DNA of 64,000 nt from a virus (IMGVR_UViG_3300042389_001739:15723-79722), one strand, 5' to 3'. Shown: positions 1-10,277, counted from the stretch's first letter. Numbers and translations are program-made. Notes: generated by a model from the sequence alone, not told the origin.

Positions 1-988
1 CCCCCTTGGTGCCCTGCGTCAGATCCACCTCCGCCAGCACGTTGTTGGTCAGCTGGTCCCGAATCGCGGCGCTGATGTCCGCCGGACTGGTTACCGTCGA
101 GATACTGGCGGCACCCATGACACAGATGCCGTTATCCAGCAGCTGCGCCAGCTCACTGCGGTCAAAGGTAATCAGCGGACTATGTACGGCCGCCAATTGG
201 TTGAACAGGTGAAACAGCAAGCTGATCGTGTTGTTGGCCACCGGATACAGCTGGGTCATACCAGGCTTGTACAGTGCGTTAATTCGCGCATTGTCAATCA
301 GGATCAGCGGACTGACCTTGAGCTCCAGCAGTTTCTGGAAGGCCGTGACCGCATTGCGACAAACCTGCTGTCCTTCGTTTGGACTGGGAATCGAGGCGAT
401 CACACCTACCCGTGGTGGTTTACCTTTGGATTCCATGTATTGCCGGGCAATCTGCACCAGCTTAGCCGCCGTACCGGAACCGGTGCCGCCGCCCAGCCCA
501 ACACAGATCAGACCGTAATCCATATTGTTACCCCAGGACCGCTGCAGCAAATCCCAGATTTCTTCTTCGTGTCCGCTCAGGCTCTGCTCGGCAAACCGGG
601 CGTCCTTGGCAGCACCACCCAGCTGCAAGGTGTGCCGCTGAATTTCTTCCGGCAAACCTTGAAAATCACTTTCGGCGGTGTTGAATAAACCGACGCGGCG
701 ATACCCCAGCCGGTGAAAGCTGGCAGCCAGTCGTGCGCCTCCCTGGCCTGAACCCAAAAACGCCATATTAAATGCAACGTCATAAGGGAACTGATCGTCC
801 ACGACAACCTGCGTCATGGCTTGCCGGTGTGACCCTGGATGCAGCGTCGCCGCCACATTACCGATCGGAACCACGCCTGGCGGTGGTGCGGCCACTGGAA
901 TTACATTCACTGCTTCTGGTTTCGGCTTTCGTTTACCGGACGCTTGATCCAGGGATTGAGCCAGGCGGGCATTCAGATCGTCACTCAT
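1..988 (-). CDS. Tubulin/FtsZ-family GTPase (PhuZ/TubZ-like), 3' end beyond window; absent from the ORF track
   Basis: Manual translation from ATG at 988 (ATGA overlap with upstream stop), open to the window edge: FLGSGQGGARLA (T1), FNTA (T2), GGAAKD (T3), CVGLGGGTGSG tubulin signature (nt 473-493), IPSPNEG (T5), LIDN (T6), TFDRSEL (T7-like). Confidence 0.93.
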   Translation of the reverse strand, partial: MSDDLNARLAQSLDQASGKRKPKPEAVNVIPVAAPPPGVVPIGNVAATLHPGSHRQAMTQVVVDDQFPYDVAFNMAFLGSGQGGARLAASFHRLGYRRVGLFNTAESDFQGLPEEIQRHTLQLGGAAKDARFAEQSLSGHEEEIWDLLQRSWGNNMDYGLICVGLGGGTGSGTAAKLVQIARQYMESKGKPPRVGVIASIPSPNEGQQVCRNAVTAFQKLLELKVSPLILIDNARINALYKPGMTQLYPVANNTISLLFHLFNQLAAVHSPLITFDRSELAQLLDNGICVMGAASISTVTSPADISAAIRDQLTNNVLAEVDLTQGTKG

Positions 989-1575
989 CGACTGTTCTCG
1001 CATAAAGACTTCAGGGCTTCAAACCGCAGATTCCTGACGTCCGTATTTGTCATTGGGAAAATCTGCGGAAACTGTTTACGCTGTTCATTGTACCGTGCGA
1101 TATAATGCTGCCGTATAGCTTTTAGCTGGTCCACCGTATAACTTCCTTTAGACCAGTGGGACAAAACCGTCAAGTCTTCCGCTTCCGTGGCTTGTATATC
1201 GACCACGATTGCGGCAACCGGGCGCCAAATCTCCAGAAACGGTGGCAAGGTCGGTGCGGAGATGACTACCTTGAGTGGAATCACGTCTGTAAACCGCCGA
1301 ATAAACTCACTCGGCCCTGGGTACGGTATCTCGTAATAGACCGGCAACTGATCGGAGAGCGGATGCACGTTGGCTTGTACGCAGATCGCTTCGTGAATCC
1401 GCTGTGCTTCAAAGTTTTGGTAATTTGTTTCATAAACGTGTCGCCCGTTGGCCACATCAATATCCTGACCAGGCCAAAGGACAGACCAACCCTGCTGCAA
1501 AAGATACTTTGAAACATAATGCGTGTAGGCTCCAGGCGTCCCGGCAATCAGCACATTGTCGGTATGATGCTTCAT
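985..1575 (-). CDS. Divergent sulfotransferase-like protein
   Basis: N-terminal VLIAGTPGAYT resembles the 5'-PSB loop (GxxRSGT) but lacks R/S; later segments NFEAQRIHEAI and APTLPPFLEIW resemble bacterial sulfotransferase motifs; lies in a glycosyltransferase cluster. Confidence 0.4.
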   Translation of the reverse strand: MKHHTDNVLIAGTPGAYTHYVSKYLLQQGWSVLWPGQDIDVANGRHVYETNYQNFEAQRIHEAICVQANVHPLSDQLPVYYEIPYPGPSEFIRRFTDVIPLKVVISAPTLPPFLEIWRPVAAIVVDIQATEAEDLTVLSHWSKGSYTVDQLKAIRQHYIARYNEQRKQFPQIFPMTNTDVRNLRFEALKSLCENSR

Positions 1576-2636
1576 CGCATAAATTCCTGCTGCAGAAATT
1601 CTGCAAACTTTTGTTGTCGCTGCCGCAGCACGATAACGGAAGCTGCTTGTAATTGTTGTAACCAGGTTTCAGATTTAGCCAATACCATATCTAGCGTGTC
1701 TCTGACATCCTGCTGCTGCAGTTCAGCCACAGGTAATGGCTGGTATAAAGTCTTACACGGTAAAAGCACGCCAGTCTTTGTTGCCATAATGTGTTCAGAT
1801 GCCGGAGAAACGTTTGCTGTAATCACGGGGGTTGTGCCCGGGAGTAACGCGGCCAGCGTCGAACCATACGGATGACGAGTGCTGACCAGATAAGTCCAGT
1901 CGCAGTTTCGGGACAGCTGCGAGTATTTTGTGTAATCGGGTTTCAGGTGTAGCTGGGTGCGCGGGTGCTGTAACAAAGTCTTCAGCTGCTTGCGATACGT
2001 TTTAGATAGCGATCGTTCCATTAAAAACTGAAGATGCAATCCGGAATACTGCTGCAACAATTCATTAAATAACGGCAAAAAGTTGCGACCGAGATCCCGC
2101 TCAAGTTGTTGTGGCAGCACCACCAGCAGGCTGGTTTGATCCTGACGCAGTCGTCCGTAACGACCTTGCAACACTTCTACCGGCGAAGTCAGCACACCCC
2201 AGGTTCGCTGCGTCGTGTTCAATCCGTACCGGTGATCGAGCCAATCCGCCATTTGACGCGAAAAGACGATGGTACGATCCACCGCTTGCAGAAAATCTTC
2301 GTGTTGCGTCTGCCAGGAACCCCAGCGAGGGAAGAATAAATGGCGGGTACGCCGACGACGACTACTGGTGGTTACCAGCTGCGCCTCGGCAAAGGCAAAA
2401 TGACTGGGCTCAAACCAGCACAAATGTGTACAACCATAGGCCCAGTTATAGACCTGCTCCGGTTTAAGCGCTCGCACCACTTGCCGATCCCAATAAGGAT
2501 GAATGTTGCGCGAAACCACACCATCCGACAAAAACCTGACTTTGACGCCCAGCCGCAGCAGCCAGTCCGCCAGCATCGTAGCGGCCAATGCGGCTTCGCC
2601 TCGAACATAGTTGACATAAATGCCTACTGTCAGCAC
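1572..2636 (-). CDS. Putative GT-B fold glycosyltransferase (divergent)
   Basis: 354 aa; two Rossmann-like halves, DRTIVFS and YGSTLAALLPGTTPVI resemble GT4 motifs; neighbours are GTs. Confidence 0.5.
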   Translation of the reverse strand: MLTVGIYVNYVRGEAALAATMLADWLLRLGVKVRFLSDGVVSRNIHPYWDRQVVRALKPEQVYNWAYGCTHLCWFEPSHFAFAEAQLVTTSSRRRRTRHLFFPRWGSWQTQHEDFLQAVDRTIVFSRQMADWLDHRYGLNTTQRTWGVLTSPVEVLQGRYGRLRQDQTSLLVVLPQQLERDLGRNFLPLFNELLQQYSGLHLQFLMERSLSKTYRKQLKTLLQHPRTQLHLKPDYTKYSQLSRNCDWTYLVSTRHPYGSTLAALLPGTTPVITANVSPASEHIMATKTGVLLPCKTLYQPLPVAELQQQDVRDTLDMVLAKSETWLQQLQAASVIVLRQRQQKFAEFLQQEFMR

Positions 2637-2654
2637 GCCCAGCCTCCGGAAAAT

Positions 2655-3359
2655 TCAGGCCGGATGCGGTACAAAATCACAAAATCCAGATTTTGCGCGA
2701 CAGCCCGGCATAGTATAGTACCGCTGTTTTAAGCGCCACGCGACATAATTAAAACTGAGTTGATCCCGATAACTGTGATTTTCGATCTGCTGCCACCAGT
2801 ATTGGTTAAAGGCTTGAATAAGTTCCGTCGATTTACGCACCAGACAAGCCGTCTCTACCAACCCGTGATACGTCGGGTAACCTTCTGCCTGGTAACGCTG
2901 CAGCTGCTGCCGCATCAGTTCCGCGTTATCTTTGCGAAGGCGGATACAAGCCTGCAGTTCCTGATACACACAAACCCGCTGCGGATGTTTAAACGTAGCC
3001 AAAGTGCACCTGGCCGGTAGCAGATCCAGCAGTGTCGCCCGCAAACTCACCGGTTTAAGCCGCTGCGAACCATCCAGCCAAACCGTAATGTCTGCCTGAT
3101 CGGGTAATAAATGCGTATTGATTTTGTGCCAGCGGGCTGTGCGTCGACGGCACATCGGGTGCTGCCAGACGAGTGGCTTTAATTCCCAGTCCAGGTAACC
3201 CGTTGCCCGTCGCTGCGGAGTTGTCACCTGATCCGTATAGATCAGGTACCGGATATCTAATTCCGGGAGCATTTCCGAGGCCAGCAGCGAGCGTTCCAAC
3301 TGATCATAGTGTCCGGTTACACAGCTATAGACTAAGACGCTGGGCATTGGCGATACCAC
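2655..3359 (-). CDS. DUF616 (MUCI70/TOD1-like) glycosyltransferase; start possibly ATG at 3347
   Basis: VYSCVTGHYD, ARWHKINTH, VWLDGS, KHPQRVCVYQE, RDQLSFNY motifs. Confidence 0.85.
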   Translation of the reverse strand: MVSPMPSVLVYSCVTGHYDQLERSLLASEMLPELDIRYLIYTDQVTTPQRRATGYLDWELKPLVWQHPMCRRRTARWHKINTHLLPDQADITVWLDGSQRLKPVSLRATLLDLLPARCTLATFKHPQRVCVYQELQACIRLRKDNAELMRQQLQRYQAEGYPTYHGLVETACLVRKSTELIQAFNQYWWQQIENHSYRDQLSFNYVAWRLKQRYYTMPGCRAKSGFCDFVPHPA

Positions 3360-4141
3360 TTTCCTTTGTTATAGCGTGGCCCGCGCGACACCGAACGGTA
3401 GTGAAATATAAAACTGCCCGGGACCACCGCAGCCTTTTTACCTGCCGCCCGCCACCGTGCCTGCAATTCGTCTTCGTTCAGTGTCATCAGCGGCGTTGGA
3501 TTACGCTTGCCCTTGGAAGTATGCGTATTGACCGGGCAGTAATAATGCGTGGCATCATACTTACCTTGCCGCCAGGCCGTCATGGTCGCCAGCTGAAAAA
3601 AGCCGTTAATCGGGCTTTCGATAAATCTACCGTTTTGGGTTTTTTGCAAGCGGGAAGCTACCTGATTGATCTGGCCGATGTCGTCCGTCAGATAATAGTT
3701 TGGTAAGTACGTCGTAATATCCTGCTTGCCCTTGGCCGTTGATCCGGGGGCATTGGAGACCGGGCCCACTAAATCATAGCCGTGGTCCAACGCGGCCAGT
3801 AGTGCTTTATAATAACCGCTGGAAAACACAAGATCATTGTTCCCGGCAATGACATAAGCCAGGTCGAGGGCGTCCGCAATGGCCAATCCCTGATTCCAAC
3901 TGCGGGTCAACCCGCCGGTTGTCGGAAAATGATAAAGCTCCAGCCGCGCATCCATATGCATTTCCGCCAACTCAAAAAGCGACTGAACATAAGCGTCTGT
4001 CCAGCCCGTCGAGCCGTCATCCACGACGATGGCAACACCGTCAGGGGTGTAAGTAAAGAAGGTGTCTAACGCTTTACGGGTATAACCATCCAGCACAATA
4101 GCGTTATAGGTAGGACAAATGAAACCAATTTGTCCGCCCAT
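3332..4141 (-). CDS. GT2-family glycosyltransferase
   Basis: ICPTYN, VVDDGS, GLTRSWNQG, NNDL, VGPVSN, FIFHY motifs. Confidence 0.85.
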   Translation of the reverse strand: MGGQIGFICPTYNAIVLDGYTRKALDTFFTYTPDGVAIVVDDGSTGWTDAYVQSLFELAEMHMDARLELYHFPTTGGLTRSWNQGLAIADALDLAYVIAGNNDLVFSSGYYKALLAALDHGYDLVGPVSNAPGSTAKGKQDITTYLPNYYLTDDIGQINQVASRLQKTQNGRFIESPINGFFQLATMTAWRQGKYDATHYYCPVNTHTSKGKRNPTPLMTLNEDELQARWRAAGKKAAVVPGSFIFHYRSVSRGPRYNKGKWYRQCPAS

Positions 4142-4143
4142 GA

Positions 4144-6042
4144 TTACACTCCAAACTGCTGCTGCATCATCATCGCACCTCCCTGGGTGCGCGCTGACTG
4201 ACGAATCTCATCCATCTTTGCCCGCGTGATCGAGTGCAGCGTCGGGTTCCACTGGCGCAGTTGACGCAGCTGGGAATCCTTTACGGACTCAGGTAGGCCC
4301 AGCAGTTCGCTGGCCAGCTGCGAAGCGGCGGCTTGCAGATCGTTCGGTGTGACGGCGGCGTTAGGTCCCATGTTTTGAATGTAATCGGATACCGGTGCCA
4401 TCGTCGCACCACCCATACCGGGTTGCGGCGGCTGTCCGCCTGCCGGTGCCCCTCCCTGGTTAGGATCTGCCGGTGCACCACCTCCGCCTGCAGGTGCCAT
4501 TGGATTGACCCCCTTGGCGACCTGTGCGGCAAACCCGGACTGTTCCATCAACTCCTGGTTGCGTGCCTGCATTTCCTGCTGTTTACGCGCTTCGTCGGCA
4601 ATCCGTTTCTGTTCGGTTTCCCAGTCGTAACCGATTGCGGCCAGGCCTGACGTACCGGAAAGCTGTTGCCCCATCATCAGCTGCAGCGCAGACATCTGTT
4701 TCTGGACATCGTCGGCAATTGTTACACGCTTGAGGCTGGCCTTTACCGGTTCCCAGCTCTTGATCCGGCTGATGCTGCTTACCATCCACTGCACAAACAA
4801 GTTAGCGTCGCTCACCAATGGGCGGTGAGTGCTTTCAAACAAGCGCAAACCGACCGGTGCGGCCTGCACTGCCATGCTGCCGTTATAAAAATCCACCGGC
4901 GTGCCTGCTTCATTGAGCAAGGTTTCGTAACCCTGCTGAATCAGCTCGGTCGGTGCCAGTTGTTTGGCGTCACCGCCCAGCACCTGATAGTTCACAGGAA
5001 AGGGTAGCATTTGCCAGCTGGCCGGATCACGTCGTCGGCGATTGATCATATTACGCACCTGGGCGCGAAAGTCCCCGGCGGCATAAATCGACATCGGGTC
5101 CTGGGTGGAGATACCCCCGGCAGCTGTTCCGTTACGACTCTCGGGTGTGATCAGTCGAAACGGAATCACGTAGTCCATGGCGATGGCTTCATTGAACCGC
5201 CGCAACACCTGGACATACCAAATCTGGCGGTAGTTCACCAGGCTCCGGGGAATTCCCCAGCCCATATTGCGAATCCCAGCCAGGGTCGGCTCTTTCATAT
5301 GAAAAATTGCGTCTTTGTTAAACCGAAACAGCTTGTTGTAGCGCACCGCTTCCAGCACCTGCTTACTGGCGCGTTCAAGATGGTAAAGATTACCTTCGCG
5401 CACCATGCGCTTGTAATACTCAGGAATACGCCAGAGATAAGCCACTTCGTCCGTGTACGGATCGTGCAGCAATTCCATCTCGTGCGGATTCCATCGCTTT
5501 AAAATCAATTGATCTGATTCTTCTCGTGGTTTGTCTACGACCTGCCAGGCACCACGCCAGCCGGTTTGAGGACAACTGGCCACAAATTCAAAATCACCAT
5601 TGAACTCAAAATTAAAGTTGTCGTAAACCACTTTAAGTGGATACATCGCGCCAGTCTTAGGGCACTGCAAATACCGCCGAAACGGCACCATCACACTGGC
5701 GAACCCGTTACCATAGCATAACCTGTCCCGCAGCAACTGCCCGAGAAACGTGGTGGCATGCAGCGTGTCGTCCAGAAAATCTTTGTATTTTTTCTTCTCG
5801 TCATCGTTGGCATCACCGCCCAGCTCAATATCAGTCACGAAGTAACTGACCAGGCGTTCCATCGCCATCCGGTATGTACCCTGTACCATCCAGATATATT
5901 CCGACCACCAAAGCGCTGAGCGCATCGTGGTCGGCATCTGCGTTGTGGCAATGTCGTTAAACGGATCAGCAAATCCTACATCACCGGAAGCCGTGGCGGC
6001 TCCGCGGTTAAAAAACGGACTACTGGTACCGTACAGGGACAT
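4144..6042 (-). CDS. Probable phage portal protein
   Basis: 632 aa; CYGNGF, KRWNPHEM, IFHMKE...GWGIP portal-like motifs; coiled-coil then Gly/Pro/Gln low-complexity tail typical of large-phage portals. Confidence 0.65.
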   Translation of the reverse strand: MSLYGTSSPFFNRGAATASGDVGFADPFNDIATTQMPTTMRSALWWSEYIWMVQGTYRMAMERLVSYFVTDIELGGDANDDEKKKYKDFLDDTLHATTFLGQLLRDRLCYGNGFASVMVPFRRYLQCPKTGAMYPLKVVYDNFNFEFNGDFEFVASCPQTGWRGAWQVVDKPREESDQLILKRWNPHEMELLHDPYTDEVAYLWRIPEYYKRMVREGNLYHLERASKQVLEAVRYNKLFRFNKDAIFHMKEPTLAGIRNMGWGIPRSLVNYRQIWYVQVLRRFNEAIAMDYVIPFRLITPESRNGTAAGGISTQDPMSIYAAGDFRAQVRNMINRRRRDPASWQMLPFPVNYQVLGGDAKQLAPTELIQQGYETLLNEAGTPVDFYNGSMAVQAAPVGLRLFESTHRPLVSDANLFVQWMVSSISRIKSWEPVKASLKRVTIADDVQKQMSALQLMMGQQLSGTSGLAAIGYDWETEQKRIADEARKQQEMQARNQELMEQSGFAAQVAKGVNPMAPAGGGGAPADPNQGGAPAGGQPPQPGMGGATMAPVSDYIQNMGPNAAVTPNDLQAAASQLASELLGLPESVKDSQLRQLRQWNPTLHSITRAKMDEIRQSARTQGGAMMMQQQFGV

Positions 6043-6062
6043 TGCAAATTCTCCGTGCTGGC

Positions 6063-6248
6063 TTATTTGATTTTACTGGCCTGCTTTACCCAGTCAGTGG
6101 CCTGTTTCAGCAGGTCGTTATCCATATCGTCAGCCTGACGTTCTGTTTCAGGATAAACAGCGTCTGCCTGTGCGGCTTTTTCTGCCTGGCATTTGCCGGT
6201 GCAGCGGTGCTTCGGCGTGCAGCTGCTAATAGCGCCATTTTTTTCCAT
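6063..6248 (-). CDS. Small hypothetical protein
   Basis: 61 aa, tiles between neighbours with 1-bp overlap. Confidence 0.55.
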   Translation of the reverse strand: MEKNGAISSCTPKHRCTGKCQAEKAAQADAVYPETERQADDMDNDLLKQATDWVKQASKIK

Positions 6249-7153
6249 TATACCGGTTCTCCATTGTGCTTGAGTAAGATCACAATATCCAATCGTCCCA
6301 GTGGTAGATGCAGATTGAGTGACGAGCAGGTAAAGCGAGTTTTCAGCTGAGGTACCGTGACACTGAGTTGTTCTTCGCCCAAGTATGGCGGCAAGTACTG
6401 AAACCCGTCTTCAAATCGTGTGTCATACACCAGCGCCAGACAGTCTTGCCCGACGACTACCGCATGATACCTTGCTGCTATTGTACCCAGCTGCCCGAGG
6501 GTAAAGTAGACTTCGTACTGTGGCTTTTGGGGCGATCCGATCAAAAAGGAAATACCCAGATCCAGGCTGGGTGGTGGTTCGGATGGCGCGCGAACGGCAA
6601 CACGCTGATCCAGCCGATCGTGTAATTCCATGAGCAGCTGGGTCTGGTTTGTGAGCTGCTGCAGCAAAGCCTCGGACTGCACATTCGAGGTTTTCACGGG
6701 AGAACTCGGATTTACTTCGGCTTCTTGGGGTACCGGCGCAACCGCAGGCGGACGAGCAAAATACTGCTGATGCACTTCAGCGGCCTTTACCGCTTCCTGT
6801 TGCATCAAATCTGCGAGCTGTGTCGCAACTTTCTGCTGCCGCATCGGGCTAACCGGAGCCGCCAGCCGCGCGGTTGCCTGCTGCTGGATCTGGCGAAAAA
6901 ATTCAGTGACATCGCCACCGTACTGCTTGGGCGACTGATTTTTAAACTCCGGTGAATCTCGAAGCTGTTCCAGGTCAAGTTCAAATCCGCCGCCTTCCAC
7001 CCCCGGATCCACGATCACTTTTTGCGGGCGATTGGCATCAAACCCCAAAGACACACCTTCACTGTCCGAACGTGGTAGCATTGTGCCGGGACGAGGGCCG
7101 CCTTCCGGAAAATACTTGGTCGGGTCAGGCGTATCGGCTCGCACTTTATCCAT
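6248..7153 (-). CDS. Hypothetical protein
   Basis: 301-aa ORF in a coupled minus-strand operon. Confidence 0.75.
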   Translation of the reverse strand: MDKVRADTPDPTKYFPEGGPRPGTMLPRSDSEGVSLGFDANRPQKVIVDPGVEGGGFELDLEQLRDSPEFKNQSPKQYGGDVTEFFRQIQQQATARLAAPVSPMRQQKVATQLADLMQQEAVKAAEVHQQYFARPPAVAPVPQEAEVNPSSPVKTSNVQSEALLQQLTNQTQLLMELHDRLDQRVAVRAPSEPPPSLDLGISFLIGSPQKPQYEVYFTLGQLGTIAARYHAVVVGQDCLALVYDTRFEDGFQYLPPYLGEEQLSVTVPQLKTRFTCSSLNLHLPLGRLDIVILLKHNGEPV

Positions 7154-7727
7154 GAGAATCTCCGTTGGTGGATTCCGCGTCTACGTAATAGTCACTGCCC
7201 AGCTCTTCCGGATCACCCAACCAGTGGTGTGGCTGCAACAAGAGCGGTTCCGGCAAAAGACTCTGTTCAATCACCTGAAAGGGTTCGTCGACTCCCGCCA
7301 GTGTCGCGGTACTGTTCGGCAGCAGTACGTAACGAAACGATTTACCGTTGGGTTTCTGAATAGGCACGGAAAACGGAATGATCGCACCGTAGGTGATGAC
7401 GGCAGCGGTTTCCTGATTTTCTAATGCCGCCAGCGCCTGCAAGAGCTCCGGTAAAGTCTCAAAGTCGTGCACCAGAGGGTACTGCCCTGCGGGCATTTCG
7501 CACAGAATCCACCGATGCGGTAACCCGCGACTCCACTGTTTAGGATCCTGATCTCGCTGGGCTTCCGCCAGTTTTGCACTGATGTCCGCAGGTAGTTGCT
7601 GCTTCAGCTCACTGAATTCTGCCGAATAGTCTGTAAAGATCTCGGGCGGCCCGGCCATGAATTCTTCCAGGCCCGGCACAGTCTGGCAAAACTGCTGATA
7701 GCGCTCGCCTTTTTCAGCTACTGCCAT
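7146..7727 (-). CDS. Hypothetical protein
   Basis: 193 aa, GGAGG ribosome-binding site upstream, overlaps neighbours. Confidence 0.75.
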   Translation of the reverse strand: MAVAEKGERYQQFCQTVPGLEEFMAGPPEIFTDYSAEFSELKQQLPADISAKLAEAQRDQDPKQWSRGLPHRWILCEMPAGQYPLVHDFETLPELLQALAALENQETAAVITYGAIIPFSVPIQKPNGKSFRYVLLPNSTATLAGVDEPFQVIEQSLLPEPLLLQPHHWLGDPEELGSDYYVDAESTNGDSHG

Positions 7728-7950
7728 GATTACCCTCCTCCACTGCCGGAACGTAGGTTAACGCCAGCGAAACCTCGTCCGACGTTTTAACAACACTGCC
7801 CACTACCGCAATAATTGCCTGCGTTGCCTGTACCCACTCGTTGATCGTCTGTTCCAGTTGCACCGAGTCCGGTGCGGTAAAGATGCGCAGCTTTACGGTC
7901 TGATCCGGTAAAAGAAACTGGCGAAGTGAAGGCAGGGGAAACTCGGACAC
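7714..7950 (-). CDS. Hypothetical protein
   Basis: 78 aa, tiles the operon. Confidence 0.6.
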   Translation of the reverse strand: MSEFPLPSLRQFLLPDQTVKLRIFTAPDSVQLEQTINEWVQATQAIIAVVGSVVKTSDEVSLALTYVPAVEEGNHGSS

Positions 7951-7956
7951 GGCAAT

Positions 7957-8646
7957 TCACTTTCGATATTGTTCAATGCGTTTTTGATGTTCCAGATCCT
8001 GTGCCCGCGTCATGATTTCCTTATACTGTGCAAACGCATTATCCTGCGTCAACCGGGGCAGCGAAAACAGAGAATTCGCGGCCTCCACGTGTAGCTTGCT
8101 GGGGCGAAAACTTACAATCGATGGCGTCGACTGCACCTGCTCCTGGCGGGTATCAAAGGCGTATTGCCGCTCGTTTGTCAGCACCGCAAATACATTTACT
8201 TCCACTAACGGCATTCCGGGTGTCAGCACTTTACGTGCGTCATGCACCAGGGGATCGTAAATGTTTAACTTCTGTAAGGCATACTGATACAGCCGTTTGT
8301 TCGGCAGATCAAACTGCACGGTCTCTAAAATCGCGTCCACCAGCTGATTCCACTGATCCTGCCGCGCCGCCCAGAGTGAATGATTCCAGGCCGGATCGTT
8401 CGGCAGTTGCAAGCCCTGAAACACGGGCTGCTCAAACTGATACCAGAAAATCTGCAGGTTGCAGCGCTGCACCAGATCCGCCAGATTGATTTCCGAAAAC
8501 CGACCCCAGAGATAGATCGGTGCGGGGGTGTACCAGACATAACCAGCCACATCGGCCAGCTGGTGTGCGCGCTCAAACTTGATCCGGTACTTGGGCACCG
8601 TAAATGGTTTGAACAGGTAATACTGATCTTCTGCAACTTGCGACAC
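7957..8646 (-). CDS. Hypothetical protein
   Basis: 229 aa, tiles the operon. Confidence 0.75.
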   Translation of the reverse strand: MSQVAEDQYYLFKPFTVPKYRIKFERAHQLADVAGYVWYTPAPIYLWGRFSEINLADLVQRCNLQIFWYQFEQPVFQGLQLPNDPAWNHSLWAARQDQWNQLVDAILETVQFDLPNKRLYQYALQKLNIYDPLVHDARKVLTPGMPLVEVNVFAVLTNERQYAFDTRQEQVQSTPSIVSFRPSKLHVEAANSLFSLPRLTQDNAFAQYKEIMTRAQDLEHQKRIEQYRK

Positions 8647-8656
8647 GTTCAGGACC

Positions 8657-9259
8657 TCAAGCGAAAAATCGCCAGGAAGCGGTGACCAGCACCGTACCGT
8701 CCAACTCAGCGCTGAGTCCAGGTTTCAACCATTGCTGGGACAACTGCTTGTACTGTTCGGCCGCCGGTCCGGTTGTCGTTTCGCTGCACGCTTGCAATAA
8801 CGCGCGTAACAGTTCCGAGTTCGGCAGTATTTCGATTTGAGGTGAGTCACGCCAGAAATCAAACGGCAGCGGTTGCGCCAGTGCGGCACAGGCGCAGGCC
8901 CAGTACGGCAAAAAGTCGCGCAGGCCCGGTAACCCGTACAGCTCAATCGAGTTGGCTGGGCGCTTATCCGGTAACTTACTGAGCAGATAATTGCGCGCTG
9001 CGACTGCCGGTAACAGCTGCTTGCTGCCAGGTAATCGCTTGGATAACCGAAAAGTTGCCGCTTCCTGCAGTTCAGGAATCACCAGGCGCAGTGCCAGGAT
9101 ATTCGCGTTAATTACATCCAGATTCTTGACCGGCTTCTTGTCCGTCATTTCCCGGTACTCGAAAAGCTCCGGCAACATTTCGGCTTTGGCGGCTTTACCC
9201 AGTTCACCTGCAGCGGCTTCGGCCAGGTCCCGGTAAGCCCAGCTGATATGGACTTTCAT
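8657..9259 (-). CDS. Hypothetical protein
   Basis: 200 aa, tiles the operon. Confidence 0.75.
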   Translation of the reverse strand: MKVHISWAYRDLAEAAAGELGKAAKAEMLPELFEYREMTDKKPVKNLDVINANILALRLVIPELQEAATFRLSKRLPGSKQLLPAVAARNYLLSKLPDKRPANSIELYGLPGLRDFLPYWACACAALAQPLPFDFWRDSPQIEILPNSELLRALLQACSETTTGPAAEQYKQLSQQWLKPGLSAELDGTVLVTASWRFFA

Positions 9260-9262
9260 GAA

Positions 9263-10264
9263 TCAGCTCCCGGTAATGATCAACTTGTCTTTAAACGGGT
9301 TCAATGCGTCAGCAGGCACTTGCTTGACGCATTGACCACCCACGCGCACCTCAAACAGCGACGGATCGTCCGTTTTACAAAACTCGACCAGCCGCAAAAT
9401 GTTGAACTCATTCAAGGTTTGGTATTTCTCCTGCTCGAGTTCGTTTGCACTGGGCGGTGTGGTCAGCTGCAGCCCACTGATAAGCAGTGTGTTCTTCGTT
9501 TCAGCCCACTGCTGCAACAACATCTGCGCCCGGTCGGCCATGCTGGTTGGCATGAAACCACTGGTAGCATGGCAGATATCCGAGACCAGCATCACATCCG
9601 GCGGCGCATACAACAGTGGTTGAATGGTTGTATCGTAAAGCTGGGCAAAGCTGTTTCGACTGCGTGCACAATTTTTCCAGGTTTGCCCTGGGAGATGCAC
9701 CAGGTTAGTTGCCTGGATTTGCGGTGCCCGGTCTGCCAGGTGCAGCAGCTGTAAAGGCTTGTCTTGCAAAAATTCCATGATATGGTTCAGCAACCAACGC
9801 ACTACGGCTGCCTCCCCGACAAACATGACGCGATCCTGCCGATTAAGCGCAGTTGCGCCACCATCCAGCTGCAAGTCGAACCCCAGCTCAATTTGCGCGG
9901 CTGCCTGCTGTTGGGCTGTGTGGGTTTTCACCACCTCAAGCAGCCAGGGAAATACTGTTTCGGTTAACCCTTTAAACAGCACCAGATGTTCAAACGGCTT
10001 TTGACCTTCAGCGGCGATTGATCGTACCAACACCTCGGTGACGACCTTGCGCTGCTCGTCTGTCAACTCCGGGGCGGTCGGGTCGATTGTGTTTAACTCC
10101 CCAAGTTTCAGTCCCAGATCATACATCGCCACGTGATACAGCTGCCGTGCCGCCAGCATGGCCGCCATGATGCTGCGAAACTTTTCGTGGTTGGTCACCA
10201 GCGACTCAGCCAACTGTGCCAGTCGGAACAACTCGGCTTGCTGCTCATCCTGCTCGTCTGCCAT
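9263..10264 (-). CDS. Hypothetical protein (C-terminal half possibly an inactive P-loop fold)
   Basis: 333 aa; VMFVG and DVMLVSD strands sit like Walker A/B strands but there is no GKT/S. Confidence 0.7.
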   Translation of the reverse strand: MADEQDEQQAELFRLAQLAESLVTNHEKFRSIMAAMLAARQLYHVAMYDLGLKLGELNTIDPTAPELTDEQRKVVTEVLVRSIAAEGQKPFEHLVLFKGLTETVFPWLLEVVKTHTAQQQAAAQIELGFDLQLDGGATALNRQDRVMFVGEAAVVRWLLNHIMEFLQDKPLQLLHLADRAPQIQATNLVHLPGQTWKNCARSRNSFAQLYDTTIQPLLYAPPDVMLVSDICHATSGFMPTSMADRAQMLLQQWAETKNTLLISGLQLTTPPSANELEQEKYQTLNEFNILRLVEFCKTDDPSLFEVRVGGQCVKQVPADALNPFKDKLIITGS

Positions 10265-10277
10265 GATTGCTGCTTTC

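Noticed and set aside
182-688. Plus-strand 168-aa ORF and similar antisense ORFs (e.g. 21290..22330, 16310..16864, 45149..45763, 52736..53353)
   Set aside because: They are shadows of well-supported minus-strand genes and have no motifs
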